Counted from the whole stretch's first letter, positions 25,052 through 37,269 are shown. The stretch is DNA of 62,951 bases, filler included, from Globobulimina sp. (GCA_003354225.1; 22 parts of 22 records of this genome joined end to end with filler, not necessarily neighbours in it), one strand, 5' to 3'. Made by a program: numbers and translations. Notes: generated by a model from the sequence alone, not told the origin.

Positions 25052-26358
25052 CTATCCTCTGTATATTTCATACTTTTTTTCTTTTTTTTTGTTTTAATGG
25101 CCAATTATTCTGAAATTCGGGCACTTGGATATTCACGAAAAGTATATCTGCTATACAAGTTGTATGCAAATTTCAGGCTACACAAGGCTGGAAAACAATT
25201 TGTCAATAAACATGGACAAAAACATGGACAAAAACATGTACAACATTTTTAGTTTCCTAAAACAAACACAAGCGACAAAATAGATACAAACACTAAATTA
25301 ATTAGGAATTTAGGATTGAAAATGAATAATATATAATTTAATTAACAACACTCTTGACAATGACTACATATATTTGAAGATACAACATGACCCACAATGA
25401 ATTGCTTGAAACAGTCACCTAAAGAAAATCTGTAGATGGATTGAGCAAATTATTTACAACAATCCACGTACACTTTATATCGATCCATAATACAGGTGAT
25501 CGTTCAGCATCACTGGAACCATAAATCACATCTCCTAATAATCATATCTCAGTGTTGACAATCCAATTAATATCTTTTTGCCAATGCGTACAATACACTA
25601 ACACTAAATAAACCGCACACAGCTTTGCCAACATATACTGGCCATGGTTTAACTTCATACTTTGATTGCTGCTAAATATAATAAATAAACACATCACACA
25701 TAAANNNNNNNNNNNNNNNNNNNNNNNNNNNNNNNNNNNNNNNNNNNNTTAATTAATTAANNNNNNNNNNNNNNNNNNNNNNNNNNNNNNNNNNNNNNNN
25801 NNNNCAATAAATTATTGATGCTGTTATTATTTTCCATAAATGCATCAGCCAACGCAAATATGATTTTGTTATAATAATTAAAATTATTATTATCTTGACA
25901 GTTGCAGGCAATCTTTGAATCAATTTTTGCCTTTTTCTCTTTTTGCAAAATATATTGAAATTCAATTTGTTTATTATTGGTAATTTTAAAAAAATTATTT
26001 TTTATTTGTTTAAAATGGCCCAAATACGTAAAAAATACTTGTGATGATCTGTTCTTATTTGGAATATAACTATTTCCATTTCCAACTTTTGATAAATTAT
26101 TCCATTCTTTAAGCCATTCATTATCATTAAATTCAAAATTACGCACAAATGTTTCTGCAAATATCTAAACAAATATGTAAAACAAATATAAATGTACATA
26201 TATACACGGAAACAAAATTAGTGTAATTATAAAACATAACAAAAGCTAAAATTCGTTACATTTATACCTGCAATCCTGTATACAAAAGAATATTAGATAT
26301 TAATTAGCTGTTTAGCGGTTTTTTGTATACAAAAATTAGGTTTTGGATGGTTTAGAAA

Positions 26359-26862
26359 TTATATATGTACCTTAAAAGTATTATTTTTCATAAATGTTTG
26401 GTGCGGAATAAGTGATCTTGGCATGGTTTGTTTGAATATAATATTTGTGCTTAAAATTGATATTAAAATATCTAAAAATAATTGTAATCTGTCCAAGTCC
26501 GCTAATTGTTTACATTCATTTTGTAAAAATTGTTGTATTTTCATCATTATTGGAGCAAATAAATCATTTCCTAATTTTATTGCTTTCCCACGATTCCACC
26601 AAATACGGGCTTTAGAATACCAATCGTCGAATGATTTGACATCATTTGCATATTTGCCACCAATCCAATGGGATATATGTGATAATACTCGCGATATTAA
26701 CTGTTGTCTGCTTGCATCAGAAATAACAAAGGTTGGCAATTTTATTGTGCATCGTGAAACTAATTCTTTATTGACGATATCAACCAAAACATTCATTCTA
26801 TGGTTGCATCGTCTTTTTGTACCTTCCATAACCTGCTGTTTTGCCCGTTCAAACTCGTTCAT
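26359..26862 (-). CDS. Hypothetical helical protein, probably spliced to exons running toward 25805
   Basis: 167-aa ORF with ATG start, followed by further same-strand ORF fragments. Confidence 0.45.
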   Translation of the reverse strand: MNEFERAKQQVMEGTKRRCNHRMNVLVDIVNKELVSRCTIKLPTFVISDASRQQLISRVLSHISHWIGGKYANDVKSFDDWYSKARIWWNRGKAIKLGNDLFAPIMMKIQQFLQNECKQLADLDRLQLFLDILISILSTNIIFKQTMPRSLIPHQTFMKNNTFKVHI

Positions 26863-26942
26863 GTTGCGCTACTGAAGTTTTTTATCACTCAAGTTTTTTA
26901 ATACACTCTGACAACATAGCCATATAAAGTTTGAAATTTCAA

Positions 26943-27233
26943 ATGGAAGTCGATATATTGCGACATCAAAACGTGAAAATTGCGCGACGATATTTTTGGT
27001 TGGGATTCTTTGCACTGCCATTTTTATGGTTGGTAAATTATTGTTATTTTAGAAATGTTATTTATGAGCCACAATGCCATCCATTGGTGCATCGCTATGC
27101 TATTTTATCTAAATGGTTTTCAATTATATCGATAACATTACTTATTTCATGGATGATTGCATTTTGGATCATCAACAATGACTCCTGGTATTTTGCTTGG
27201 TTTATAATAAAACATGAAGACCAATCATTGTGA
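26943..27233 (+). CDS. PSENEN: Gamma-secretase subunit presenilin enhancer 2
   Basis: About 96 aa; RRYFWLGFFALPFLWLVN..YF signature and a second TM helix. Confidence 0.88.
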   Translation: MEVDILRHQNVKIARRYFWLGFFALPFLWLVNYCYFRNVIYEPQCHPLVHRYAILSKWFSIISITLLISWMIAFWIINNDSWYFAWFIIKHEDQSL

Positions 27234-27359
27234 AAACTTGTTATTACAACGGCATAGTACAGCCTTTCTTTTTCCACTTTGTTGCTGTGTTCGCGTGCAA
27301 GGAGAATCATTCAGTAATTTAATTCTAGCTCTATCCGCAAAACCAAGCTACTGACTACA

Positions 27360-28571
27360 ATGACAGACACAACGCCGATTTTGGTGAGCGATGCGCCATT
27401 AGCTGCAGATGGATGGTCCAAGAAACAACGACATGCATTTTTCAACTTATACATGGCCACATTGCCGTTGGCCGCCATCTTTTTATTAGATATCTTACCC
27501 TCCCGTCTGTCCTTAATAATCATTGGCCACATCACCGGCGAAGATGCCTTATACGGTGTCACCTCCATATTTTTATCCTACTCATTCACCAATTATTTTA
27601 GTGTCTTCGTTTTTTCGTTAAGCTGTGGTTTGGATACGTTGACCAAAGAACAATTGCGCAACATCTCCTATTTGCGCTATGCATTGCTATTGGTGGCCAT
27701 TGGTTTAATCCCATACATATTATGTTGCATATTCAGCAAAAGTATCCTGTACCATCTTAACCAACCAATTGAAATCATTGAGAGTACTTCTTTGTGCATC
27801 AAATATTTAATCTTATACTCTATCTGTTATGTTATATTCGCGATGTTACGCAAATCTTTATTGCAATATTTGCACACGACCTTATTAATTGGTTTCATGT
27901 TTGCCCGCTTATGCATTCATTTGATGATTGGTTATGCATTATTTTATTACACAAATCTCTCATTTTATTCCTTTTTGCTCTCCGATTCCATCTCAATGTT
28001 AACTTTGTTGATAGTAACTTGCATCACTTTGTCGCGTATGATAGATTTGTCCAAATTTCTCAAGAATTTATTTAAATTTGACGCTAAAGAGTCAAAATCC
28101 ATTATGGAGCCTGCAGCGGCAGCGGGGAACAATGATGTCGATGACTCATTGAATGGCTTAAACAATGCGAATGCGAATATGAATATTGGTGGCGGCTATT
28201 TTAAGCAGTATATGCATGCCACATTAATTCCGGGCTCTATCTCGTGTTTAGAATGGTGGGCAGTGGAAACATTCGTTTTTTTAGTCGGAGCATTGACGTA
28301 TAATGACGGCACAAGCAAATTGACCATTTTTTTTGTCAACGTGTGTTGGACGTCGTTATTATTGATATTCCAAATGCCAATGTTGGGGCTCTCAGTGGCT
28401 ATGGCTGCCATTATGACTGCGGACATTCGAGCAAAAAGGTTCTATATGGCCTGGTATGTGATAATAGTACGTAAATAAATGGCTATTGAATATTCAATAT
28501 ATATATAATAGGTACACTTTCTTGCAGGCAATGGCTTCCGTCATTATTTATTGTGTTTGTATTGCCATATT
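27360..28571 (+). CDS. MATE-family efflux transporter, divergent (3' partial)
   Basis: Many TM helices; SCGLDTL, SCLEWWAVE, P.LGLSVA. Confidence 0.8.
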
Positions 28572-28672
28572 NNNNNNNNNNNNNNNNNNNNNNNNNNNNN
28601 NNNNNNNNNNNNNNNTTAATTAATTAANNNNNNNNNNNNNNNNNNNNNNNNNNNNNNNNNNNNNNNNNNNNA

Positions 28673-30406
28673 TTAATTCAAAATGAACTTGGCGTAAAAA
28701 TAGCTATCCAGCAATTCAATACCGAATATAAGAAAGCGATGATTCATTTTAATTCATTGTATTGTAAACAGGGACAAATTGCATTTAAGTCTTATGAGCA
28801 AGAATATGATCACACAACTTTGAAAAAGGTACAGTGGACGTTCAAAATGGTCTATATATTATCATTAATGTTATATTGCAATTTCACACATTTACAAAAC
28901 ACACTCAGTAAAACCTACCGACAAAATAATGGCAAAGATCACAATAGTTTTTATTTCTGGGGGAAATATTTAAAAATAGCTGTTCAGCATTTTGGTACCA
29001 AAATTTCTGACGCCACATGTAATTTCTTTCATGGCGTTGATAAGAAAATGTTTTTACCAAATTATACAAATACTGGTATTAGGGGAGGAATTGAGATCTA
29101 TTGCCCTGTATCAACATCGTCATCATTTGCAGTTGCTGCACATTTCGCAAATACTGCAGGTCTAATCATTCAATTAGGAGATCACGACATGAGTCCAACT
29201 CGTTGTTTCTCTGTGTCGTGGCTGTCAGATTTTGCACAGGAAAAAGAATATGTATTTGTTCAGAATACAGGAACAATAGCAATTAATAATATCATTGATG
29301 TGGAGACAGGCTATGAATATGATGGGGTATTACAAGCAACAATGTTCATTCATGCTGTAGTGAGTGGCAAATATTATGAAATTACTGAGGCAATGCGTGC
29401 ATTTATTAAAGCTTTAATGGAGGACCAATTATCGCCAAAAATATCAGCATGTAAACCATTCAAATCACTAACAAAACTTGGCAAACAAATTATAAATACA
29501 GTTTTTGAACAACAGGATGTGGTACAAATTCATTATTGGAAATTAAGAAAATATGGTTCGTTTTTGTCAGAGTTTTTAATTCATTCCGATTATGAATGGG
29601 TAAATCTGGAATTATTATATATGCTGTTTCCAAATGTCGAACATATTTGGGTTTCAAATATTAATCTTAGTCCATTGGTATTTGATAACATTTTGTTGCA
29701 TTTTAAAACAAAAATAGTGAAAATATCAATTGTGTCACCAAACCCAAAGAGTGCAATATCAATTAAAGAAGCTATACATAGATATTCAGCAACGTTTAGA
29801 GAAATAGGTATTTTTATTTATTTTGATATGATTGAAAAAGAATTTCTGATGGAACGATGCGATCAGATGCAATTTGTAAGAAAGATAGTGGAAGGAATGA
29901 ATGGTTTGTATTTTGAAGATGTAAACAATGAAATTTCACTGTTGAGTGAGAAATTGATTGCAAATCAATTGAATGACTCAAATAACAATAATGATGCGGA
30001 TCAAATATCGTTTAATATGTGGTGTAATCGGTTGAAATTTATGGAAATTGTTTGGACACTTTTTGCAATGAATAAAGACTCCTATTTATTTAAATTAATC
30101 TGTCATCCAAAAATTAACAAATGGGTAAAAATTGACAAAATAACTCAACTATTTCCAAATATAGGTAATGTGGCAGTTAGTGGAATTTATTTATGTTCGT
30201 TTGTGATTGAAGATATTTTCAATCATTTAAGGAGTAGAAAATCAGGATTGCATTATTTTTGTATTAATGAGCCTATTGAAAAGGAACTATGTATTGATGA
30301 TGTTGTTCTTCATTATGCGGAAAAATTTGAAGAAATAAATTGGAGAATTTTTGTTGAGGACTTTTCAGGTGAAAAATGTTTCTATTTTCAACGGTGTGAA
30401 TATTAA
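28673..30406 (+). CDS. ADP-ribosyltransferase-fold protein, paralog 3 (5' partial)
   Basis: ILSLMLYC, LSKTYR, FFHGV, PVSTSSSFAVAAHFA, GLIIQL, VSWLSDFAQEKEYVF. Duplicated C-terminal WV......LFPN module. Confidence 0.72.
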   Translation, partial: LIQNELGVKIAIQQFNTEYKKAMIHFNSLYCKQGQIAFKSYEQEYDHTTLKKVQWTFKMVYILSLMLYCNFTHLQNTLSKTYRQNNGKDHNSFYFWGKYLKIAVQHFGTKISDATCNFFHGVDKKMFLPNYTNTGIRGGIEIYCPVSTSSSFAVAAHFANTAGLIIQLGDHDMSPTRCFSVSWLSDFAQEKEYVFVQNTGTIAINNIIDVETGYEYDGVLQATMFIHAVVSGKYYEITEAMRAFIKALMEDQLSPKISACKPFKSLTKLGKQIINTVFEQQDVVQIHYWKLRKYGSFLSEFLIHSDYEWVNLELLYMLFPNVEHIWVSNINLSPLVFDNILLHFKTKIVKISIVSPNPKSAISIKEAIHRYSATFREIGIFIYFDMIEKEFLMERCDQMQFVRKIVEGMNGLYFEDVNNEISLLSEKLIANQLNDSNNNNDADQISFNMWCNRLKFMEIVWTLFAMNKDSYLFKLICHPKINKWVKIDKITQLFPNIGNVAVSGIYLCSFVIEDIFNHLRSRKSGLHYFCINEPIEKELCIDDVVLHYAEKFEEINWRIFVEDFSGEKCFYFQRCEY

Positions 30407-30778
30407 CAAAGTCAATAAAATCGTGCATGGGATCACCACATTGACTCTGTTAAAATTAGTATAATATCAATCAATATCATAAAGCACGGATGAAAATATC
30501 CTTCCACATTACTAGTTACTCGAGTTTTGCAAAATGTTGTATACAATACTTTAATAACTTTATCCTACAAATTCAAGTGAATCCTTTTCACCTTCAGTCA
30601 ATCAGAAATAATATTATAGACTTCTTATTTTTGAGAAACAGTATTATTGTAGAAATTTTTAGAATTTTCTCAAATTTATACTCCAATTATAGTCATGTTA
30701 TGTTATCGGAATATTAACTATCTGAGAAAATCATTATCATTTTCATCAACACATATCCACTCAAATCCATTTTGTGCA

Positions 30779-31437
30779 ATGGCAAAACTGGAAACACAAT
30801 CATTTGAACCAATGATTGTCGACAAAGAATCAAAAATAAACACAATAAAACAACATACAAAATCCGAACAACTCAAAAATTATCTCACCAATCTAAACCT
30901 TGCCAAAACCGGAAATAAAGACGTTAAAATCCGGCGTTTGATTGACCATTTCTACTCTAATTATGTTAAGTTATCCTATTATTTTGACACTGAAATTTCC
31001 AGAAAATTACCTTTGAAAACACATACGTATCACAGAAGAATTTGGATACAATGAACGAAATATCATTAAAATCATACTGTAATTTATTTGAAATACGCAC
31101 TGAAAACGATGCATCCAAAAACGAATTAATATCAATGTTATCCGCAATGACCGATGCAAATACAAATAATGACGCATCAAATGCACAAAATATGAGTCAA
31201 ACCATGCCCAATGATATGGAATTGCCGGAAATGACTGAAACTGTGTTTGGTTTCCAAATGGATCAAGAAAGAGCGGATAATGTATTGATAGAAAAGACTG
31301 AAAATGAAATAAAACTAATCGAAATTGACGAGAAACAATCGTTTTTACATAAATATCCGATTGATATTTGTTCAAAGGTTACGTATCCAAACGAATCGGA
31401 AATTATATTTGAAACCTCACGAATCGGTCATTTATCC
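30779..31437 (+). CDS. SAP-domain protein (probable intron 30965-31002; 3' partial)
   Basis: QLKNYLTNLNLAKTGNKDVKIRRL fits SAP. A 38-nt GT-AG intron joins the two ORFs in frame; a second SAP-like motif follows. Confidence 0.6.
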
Positions 31438-31851
31438 NNNNNNNNNNNNNNNNNNNNNNNNNNNNNNNNNNNNNNNNNNNNTTAATTAATTAANNNNNNN
31501 NNNNNNNNNNNNNNNNNNNNNNNNNNNNNNNNNNNNNCACTTGTTGCTGGTATGTGTTTCACTTTTTTCTTGTGCGTGCGCGTTATTTTTTTTGCAGTAA
31601 ATTGTTTCTTTCTTATTATAGATTTGTTTTTTGCAATTTGATTCATGCAAAAAATTAACAGCACACCGCCCGCACACGAAATAAGTATAACCCGCACACA
31701 CGAAATATATACACCACACAAACAAATGAATGAATGTTCCCCGCACACGAAAAAATAGATCACACAAACCATCCAAATTCGTCTCCCACCCATCGAAAAA
31801 TAAAAATAATTTAAAATATTTTAGTATACATTACAAGTCAATTCAAAGCAT

Positions 31852-33132
31852 TTATTTTTTAAAACATCGCATTATTTTTAACAATTCACTACAACACTTA
31901 CTTTCCGCAGCCTTTTTTTTAACATCCGTAGCATGGACAGTATTGCCACAAAATATAACTGTCGCCTTCCAAATTGTTACATTTTGCAATGAATTATGCG
32001 TCCCATGAAAAGTAGTAATTGGTGCTGCAATATTACTGTATTGTGCATATTCCATCAATCTTGATTTTGGATGTTTGTATATATTTTTTCTAGATTTTTT
32101 TTTATAATTTCTCCTCTTTTCTAATATCAAATTTCTTGCTTCTTCCTTTGGAATAACCATTGGAATTAATTTTTTATACGCATCATATAACGAATTCTTT
32201 TTCGTACTCCCTTGTCCAAATTGTGTATGTGTCCCAAATGTTACCTTTCCAACGAATCTCGCCACATTTTCTAATTCTGCCCACTCCCTCCTTTCCTTAC
32301 AAATTTCAAAAGGTATCTTCCAATTCTTTTTTTGACAGTATTCCATAGCAATAGTTTTATATTTAGATTTATCCGCTAATTCTGGCAAACATTCCAGTTC
32401 ATTTTCTGTTTGTTTTCCTTCGTGTTTCAATGCAAAATCTTCCAAATTTCTGCCTTCTTTGTTGTCATTCAGAAATGCTTCATATTCCGATACAAATTGA
32501 ACGTCATTATTTGATAATTTTATAGCTGTTTTAAATGATTTATTCGTTTTTTCAAAATCATTCAATTTATTGCATATTAAAGCGCACTGATAATGATATT
32601 TTGCGATTGTTGATTGTAACACAACTGCTTTTTCAATGTGATACAAAGACTCATATTTTCGATTTAAACGGTAACAAAGCAATGAATAATGATAATGTAT
32701 ACATGCTTTGCTTTGGTCCATTTTCAAACATTGTTTAAAATAATTATCAGCGTTTTGATACTCACCACATTCCAAACATAATTTGGCCAAATTGTGCTTA
32801 CAGAAAATATGATTTTCATCCATTTGAATGCATTTCAAATAAGTTTCTCTCGCATTGTTTGTGCATTTCAAGTGGTAATGATATAACATTCCAAGTTTAT
32901 TAAATGTTGTTGGATGTGGCTCAATGTCAATGGATTGTTTATAATACGTTTCAGCTGCTTTGTAATTCTTTAATATTTCATAAATTGACGCTATTTTGTT
33001 TTTAATTTTATAGCATGCATTCGGTATTTGTGTCAGCACTAAAAGTGCATCACTGTATTGCTTATTGTCTAATAATATTTTAACCACTTCTTTGATGTTT
33101 TGCAATTCAAAACTGTTGATATTAGTTGTCAT
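31852..33132 (-). CDS. TPR-repeat protein with two C-terminal dsRNA-binding domains
   Basis: About 6 TPR units. dsRBD-like K...MEYCQK...F...V.......GQGSTKK.S...A and PKSRLMEYAQ....P...KKKAAE. Confidence 0.75.
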   Translation of the reverse strand: MTTNINSFELQNIKEVVKILLDNKQYSDALLVLTQIPNACYKIKNKIASIYEILKNYKAAETYYKQSIDIEPHPTTFNKLGMLYHYHLKCTNNARETYLKCIQMDENHIFCKHNLAKLCLECGEYQNADNYFKQCLKMDQSKACIHYHYSLLCYRLNRKYESLYHIEKAVVLQSTIAKYHYQCALICNKLNDFEKTNKSFKTAIKLSNNDVQFVSEYEAFLNDNKEGRNLEDFALKHEGKQTENELECLPELADKSKYKTIAMEYCQKKNWKIPFEICKERREWAELENVARFVGKVTFGTHTQFGQGSTKKNSLYDAYKKLIPMVIPKEEARNLILEKRRNYKKKSRKNIYKHPKSRLMEYAQYSNIAAPITTFHGTHNSLQNVTIWKATVIFCGNTVHATDVKKKAAESKCCSELLKIMRCFKK

Positions 33133-33183
33133 TGTTTGTCTGACGATAATAAAAGATACGTTTTGTACTTGAGTGACAGTTGA

Positions 33184-34255
33184 ATGGGTGTAGTACATTC
33201 CATAAAGAAATGGACAATACCATCTAAAGTATCTAACCGCAAATGTAACTGTTCATTATATTTTTTCTATCACCATTGTTGTCAAAACCAATGTTTCCCT
33301 GAAATCAAGAACGTAGAGACTTTCATTTCAATTCCTGGAGAGCGAGATGAACAAAAATGGTCATATAATAATCACCATCAACAATCATTGACGACAGCAG
33401 TATCAAATTTAAACTTGACTGTACCATCGGACTTAATAGCCGCTATATTCTCATATTTATGCACCACTCCTCAAGGATATTTTGCATATTGTCATGGTGC
33501 AATAAATAATCACATCGACAGCAATCGTTTATGCAAAATATGGTGTAAGCATTTTTTTGGTGATGGTGATAATACGCGCGAAATAAAGCTGGTTGCGCTG
33601 GGCCATGGTGGCGCAGGTATCTGTTGACAAAATATGCTGTAATACACAACTAATATATAAATATATAAACATATAAGGTAAGTCATCACTGATTATTCGC
33701 TTTGTAGCACGTCAATTCGTGGACGAGTATGATCCGACCATTGAGGATTCCTATCGTAAAAAGTTGGAGATATATGACGGGAAATGCGTATTATTGGACA
33801 TATTGGATACAGCGGGACAGGAAGAATTTTCATCGATGCAGGACCGGTGGATCAGAGAAGCTCAAATTAGTTTATTATGCTTTGGTATTGATACCAGAAA
33901 CGCTTTGGATCATTGTATCGAATCGTTTGATAAAAATTTACGATGTTGGGATATGAGTGACGATGACCATTTTGGTAGAAATGGACTTGTTTTAGTTGGT
34001 TGCAAAATGGATTTAATGTACAATATGGATGGAGATTGTGATGAAATGGAAAAGCAAATAATGCAAGAAAATTATGACACTGCACAGAAATTAAGCAAAA
34101 TATGGAATATTCCTTTCATTGAAACGAGTGCATTGGAGGAGATGAATGTGAATTTACTGTTTCGACAGACCATTATCGAGTATTGGATACAAACTCAGAC
34201 TCGCAGTGTGAATTTCGATGCCACCGAGCATCAACAATTGTTGTCAACCATTTAA
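33184..34255 (+). CDS. Ras-family GTPase with N-terminal extension (intron 33617-33677)
   Basis: Spliced P-loop GHGGAGKS, effector loop DEYDPTIEDSY, DTAGQE, CKMD, ETSA. No CAAX. Confidence 0.85.
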
Positions 34256-34646
34256 TCTTTTTCCACTCAAAAACCCAAACTACGCTTTATTTTACCAACT
34301 CATNNNNNNNNNNNNNNNNNNNNNNNNNNNNNNNNNNNNNNNNNNNNTTAATTAATTAANNNNNNNNNNNNNNNNNNNNNNNNNNNNNNNNNNNNNNNNN
34401 NNNTGAATAACGTTGTTAAAACTATCATGTTTTGCGAATTTTGTGTGTTTGAATTTTATGCGATTGTGTTTCTCATAAAGTTTTTTGATGTCTGTACAAA
34501 TTTGTGTACAGTTTTTATGCAAAACATCAACAACTTTCTCCTTTTTACCTTTGACTTAGAAGGATCCCAGTAATTAATATATATATTTAATATTTGTTTT
34601 AGAACATCTGAAAGCTACAAAATCGATATCAATATACCGGTTATCA

Positions 34647-34702
34647 CCTCGCTGTGCTCGGAACCTCTCGCTTCGCTCGAGACACCTCGCTACGCTCGGT
34701 GT
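34647..34702. repeat. Three tandem GC-rich hairpins with core TCGCTNNGCTC
   Basis: CC-TCGCTGTGCTC-GG, CTC-TCGCTTCGCTC-GAG, ACACC-TCGCTACGCTC-GGTGT. Confidence 0.8.
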
Positions 34703-34786
34703 AGAAAATAATTACAACACTTCTTACAGTTCTATTCAAGATTCAATTAATCATCAAATATTGCATTAAAACACAAAATAACTACA

Positions 34787-36501
34787 ATGCAATATGAAAA
34801 CAACAACATCAACAAAAACAAAAACAACACAAATTTAAACTTAAATGCATTAGTAAATGAATTTAATTATACATATACACCACCACCATCATCAACTGTC
34901 AATTTATGTATTGCTCCAACTCCAATTCCTAAAAAACGCACTAACCGTAAACGGAAAAGTAACACATCAACGGATGAGCATCGAGTTGAATCTTTTGGAG
35001 TAAATACGGGATTAAATGATAGTAAACAAGAAAATGAAAATGATGCAAAATACGGGATAAATATGATAACAAAGAATCACAGCTATCGATCATACAAAAA
35101 TCACCAAACAACAATTCACAAATCAGAGATTTTGCGCATAGTCAAAAACCTCATCCATCGACACCAATAAACACAGAAAATGACCCAAATCATCCACGGA
35201 ATTCTCAAATGAATGTCGATTCGGATGAAAATGAAGAAATTGATATAATTAATAAACTATATCGAGATTTAAATGAAATTATTGATCCAAACGCAGCAAA
35301 AATGAACAATAATATTAATAACAATAATCCAATGAATGACGAATATAATGACATTCAAAAATTGTTTAAAACAGAATTTATGAATAATTCTATTGAAATA
35401 TTAAACAAATCACTCTCAAAACTAACAGAAATATCCAATAACATTGCCACCATTCATAACACGCCAATTGCACCAAATATTAAAAATAATAAATTAATTT
35501 CAGCAATAAAAGATATTAAAAATAATCAAGAAAGATATTACCGTTTAAAACATATTGTTTTTAAACAAAATCTATATTTTAATGCATCATTTATACCAAC
35601 GCACGAAAGGTTGAATATAAAATTGATACAATCCCATATTAAAGAAGACAATCAAATGTCTCTCGAATACATTATTCGAACTTTAAATGCCACAATGAAA
35701 CTATCGCAAGAAAATTATGTGGCAAAAATTAAAGAAAATGTATCATTACGAGATTGGGCAAAAAATGCATTAGAAAAATCATACACTGCATTACGTATTG
35801 ATATAAATCGATATATTGCATCATTAAAACGCGCAAATTATGCCTTAAAATCATCCAAAGATGCATTAATATCACAATTTAAACAAGAAATCAATTTAAT
35901 GCATAAAATAATTATAGAATCATCGAGTAAATACTCAGAAAAATATGAAAAATATACTTTAAACACAGTCTATGAATTCAGTAAATTAGCTGAAAAATTA
36001 AAAATTAATATTAAAAGTTCAAAAGAATGTGATTTTGAGCAAATATTAAACAAAGCAAAGAGCAAAAAATTAGTAAATAAAGTAAAAATATATGACACAT
36101 CGATGACAGCCACTCAGTTTAAACCATTTACGGAAAAACGTGAATGGGAAAGATTTGATCCACAAAAAATGAGATTTAAACAATTTAATTTCATTAATAT
36201 AAACAGATTTAATTCACGTGAATTAATTGTCAAATATTATGGAAATGAACACGATCATTATTCCATAAAACGAGCAAAAATATCACATCGAAATAAAATC
36301 AAACAACAAAAATTAAGTGAAATTAAAAAGAAAAAGAAAAAGAAAAATGGAGGCAAATATACTAAAAATAAAAATAAAAATAAAATTAAAATTAAAAACA
36401 AAGTATTTAATAAAAACAAAAAGAAACCATACAAACCGTATAAATCGATATGGAAAAAGAAAATTAATAAGAATCAAAATCAATTTTCACATTTTCAGTA
36501 A
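34787..36501 (+). CDS. Asn/Lys-rich coiled-coil protein with basic tail, split by a frame break or intron near 35000-35170
   Basis: The frame of ORF 35209-36501 is open back to 35044 and overlaps ORF 34787-35170. Confidence 0.5.
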
Positions 36502-36533
36502 TCCCTCAATACATAACATCCGTCATTACAATT

Positions 36534-37169
36534 ATGCATACAATATTTTATAATGTATTTCTATTTTTATATTTAATAAAATATAATGTTAACAAGAAAT
36601 ATATATTTTCAATATTCAAATTATTTGCAGCATGTATTAACAATTTGCAAATTAATAATGATATTAAGCAATATGTCGAATTAACAATTTGGAGTAACAA
36701 ATTCAATAAAAATAATCTGCCGTACGAATTAAAATTAGCCGCATACAAACCGCTCAGATGGAGACCAACCAACGAAAAACTAAAATTATTCGAAGCGGAT
36801 ATGGACAATATCCCTAAAAATATTATTTCAAAAATTGTTAAAATAATAAATAAGGAATATATGCCATCATTAAATGTATGGACAAGAACAAAATTTATAA
36901 AACAATTAAATGATTTTAAAAAATGTATAATAAATGGTTTCAAAGATTATAAAACAACAATAATTAACAATAAAATCCGAAATATTAACATGAATACAGC
37001 ACAAATTAATACGTTGAGATACATTCCCATACAATACCCAACCACAGAAATATTAGTTTGTGATAATAATAGTCTAACAGGCCTGCCGGAATTACCAAAG
37101 AGTTTAAAAAGATTATGTTGTTCTCAGAATAGTCTACCAGCCCTGCCGGAATTACCAGATGGTTTAAAA
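36534..37169 (+). CDS. ORF ending in 20-aa LPELP-type leucine-rich repeats (3' partial)
   Basis: CDNNSLTGLPELPKSLKRLCCSQNSLPALPELPDGLK; 60-bp DNA periodicity at about 37068-37169. Confidence 0.6.
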
Positions 37170-37269
37170 NNNNNNNNNNNNNNNNNNNNNNNNNNNNNNN
37201 NNNNNNNNNNNNNTTAATTAATTAANNNNNNNNNNNNNNNNNNNNNNNNNNNNNNNNNNNNNNNNNNNN

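Noticed and set aside
25208-25246. 12-bp repeat AAACATGGACAA x3 within an 85-aa ORF
   Set aside because: Simple minisatellite; the ORF has no coding evidence.
30965-31054. Apparent frameshift in the SAP-domain gene
   Set aside because: A 38-nt GTTAAG...TTCCAG intron restores the frame.
31665-31755. Three CCCGCACAC(AC)GAAA copies; similar CA-rich tract at 5820-5940
   Set aside because: Short, low complexity and near contig ends; no supportable function.
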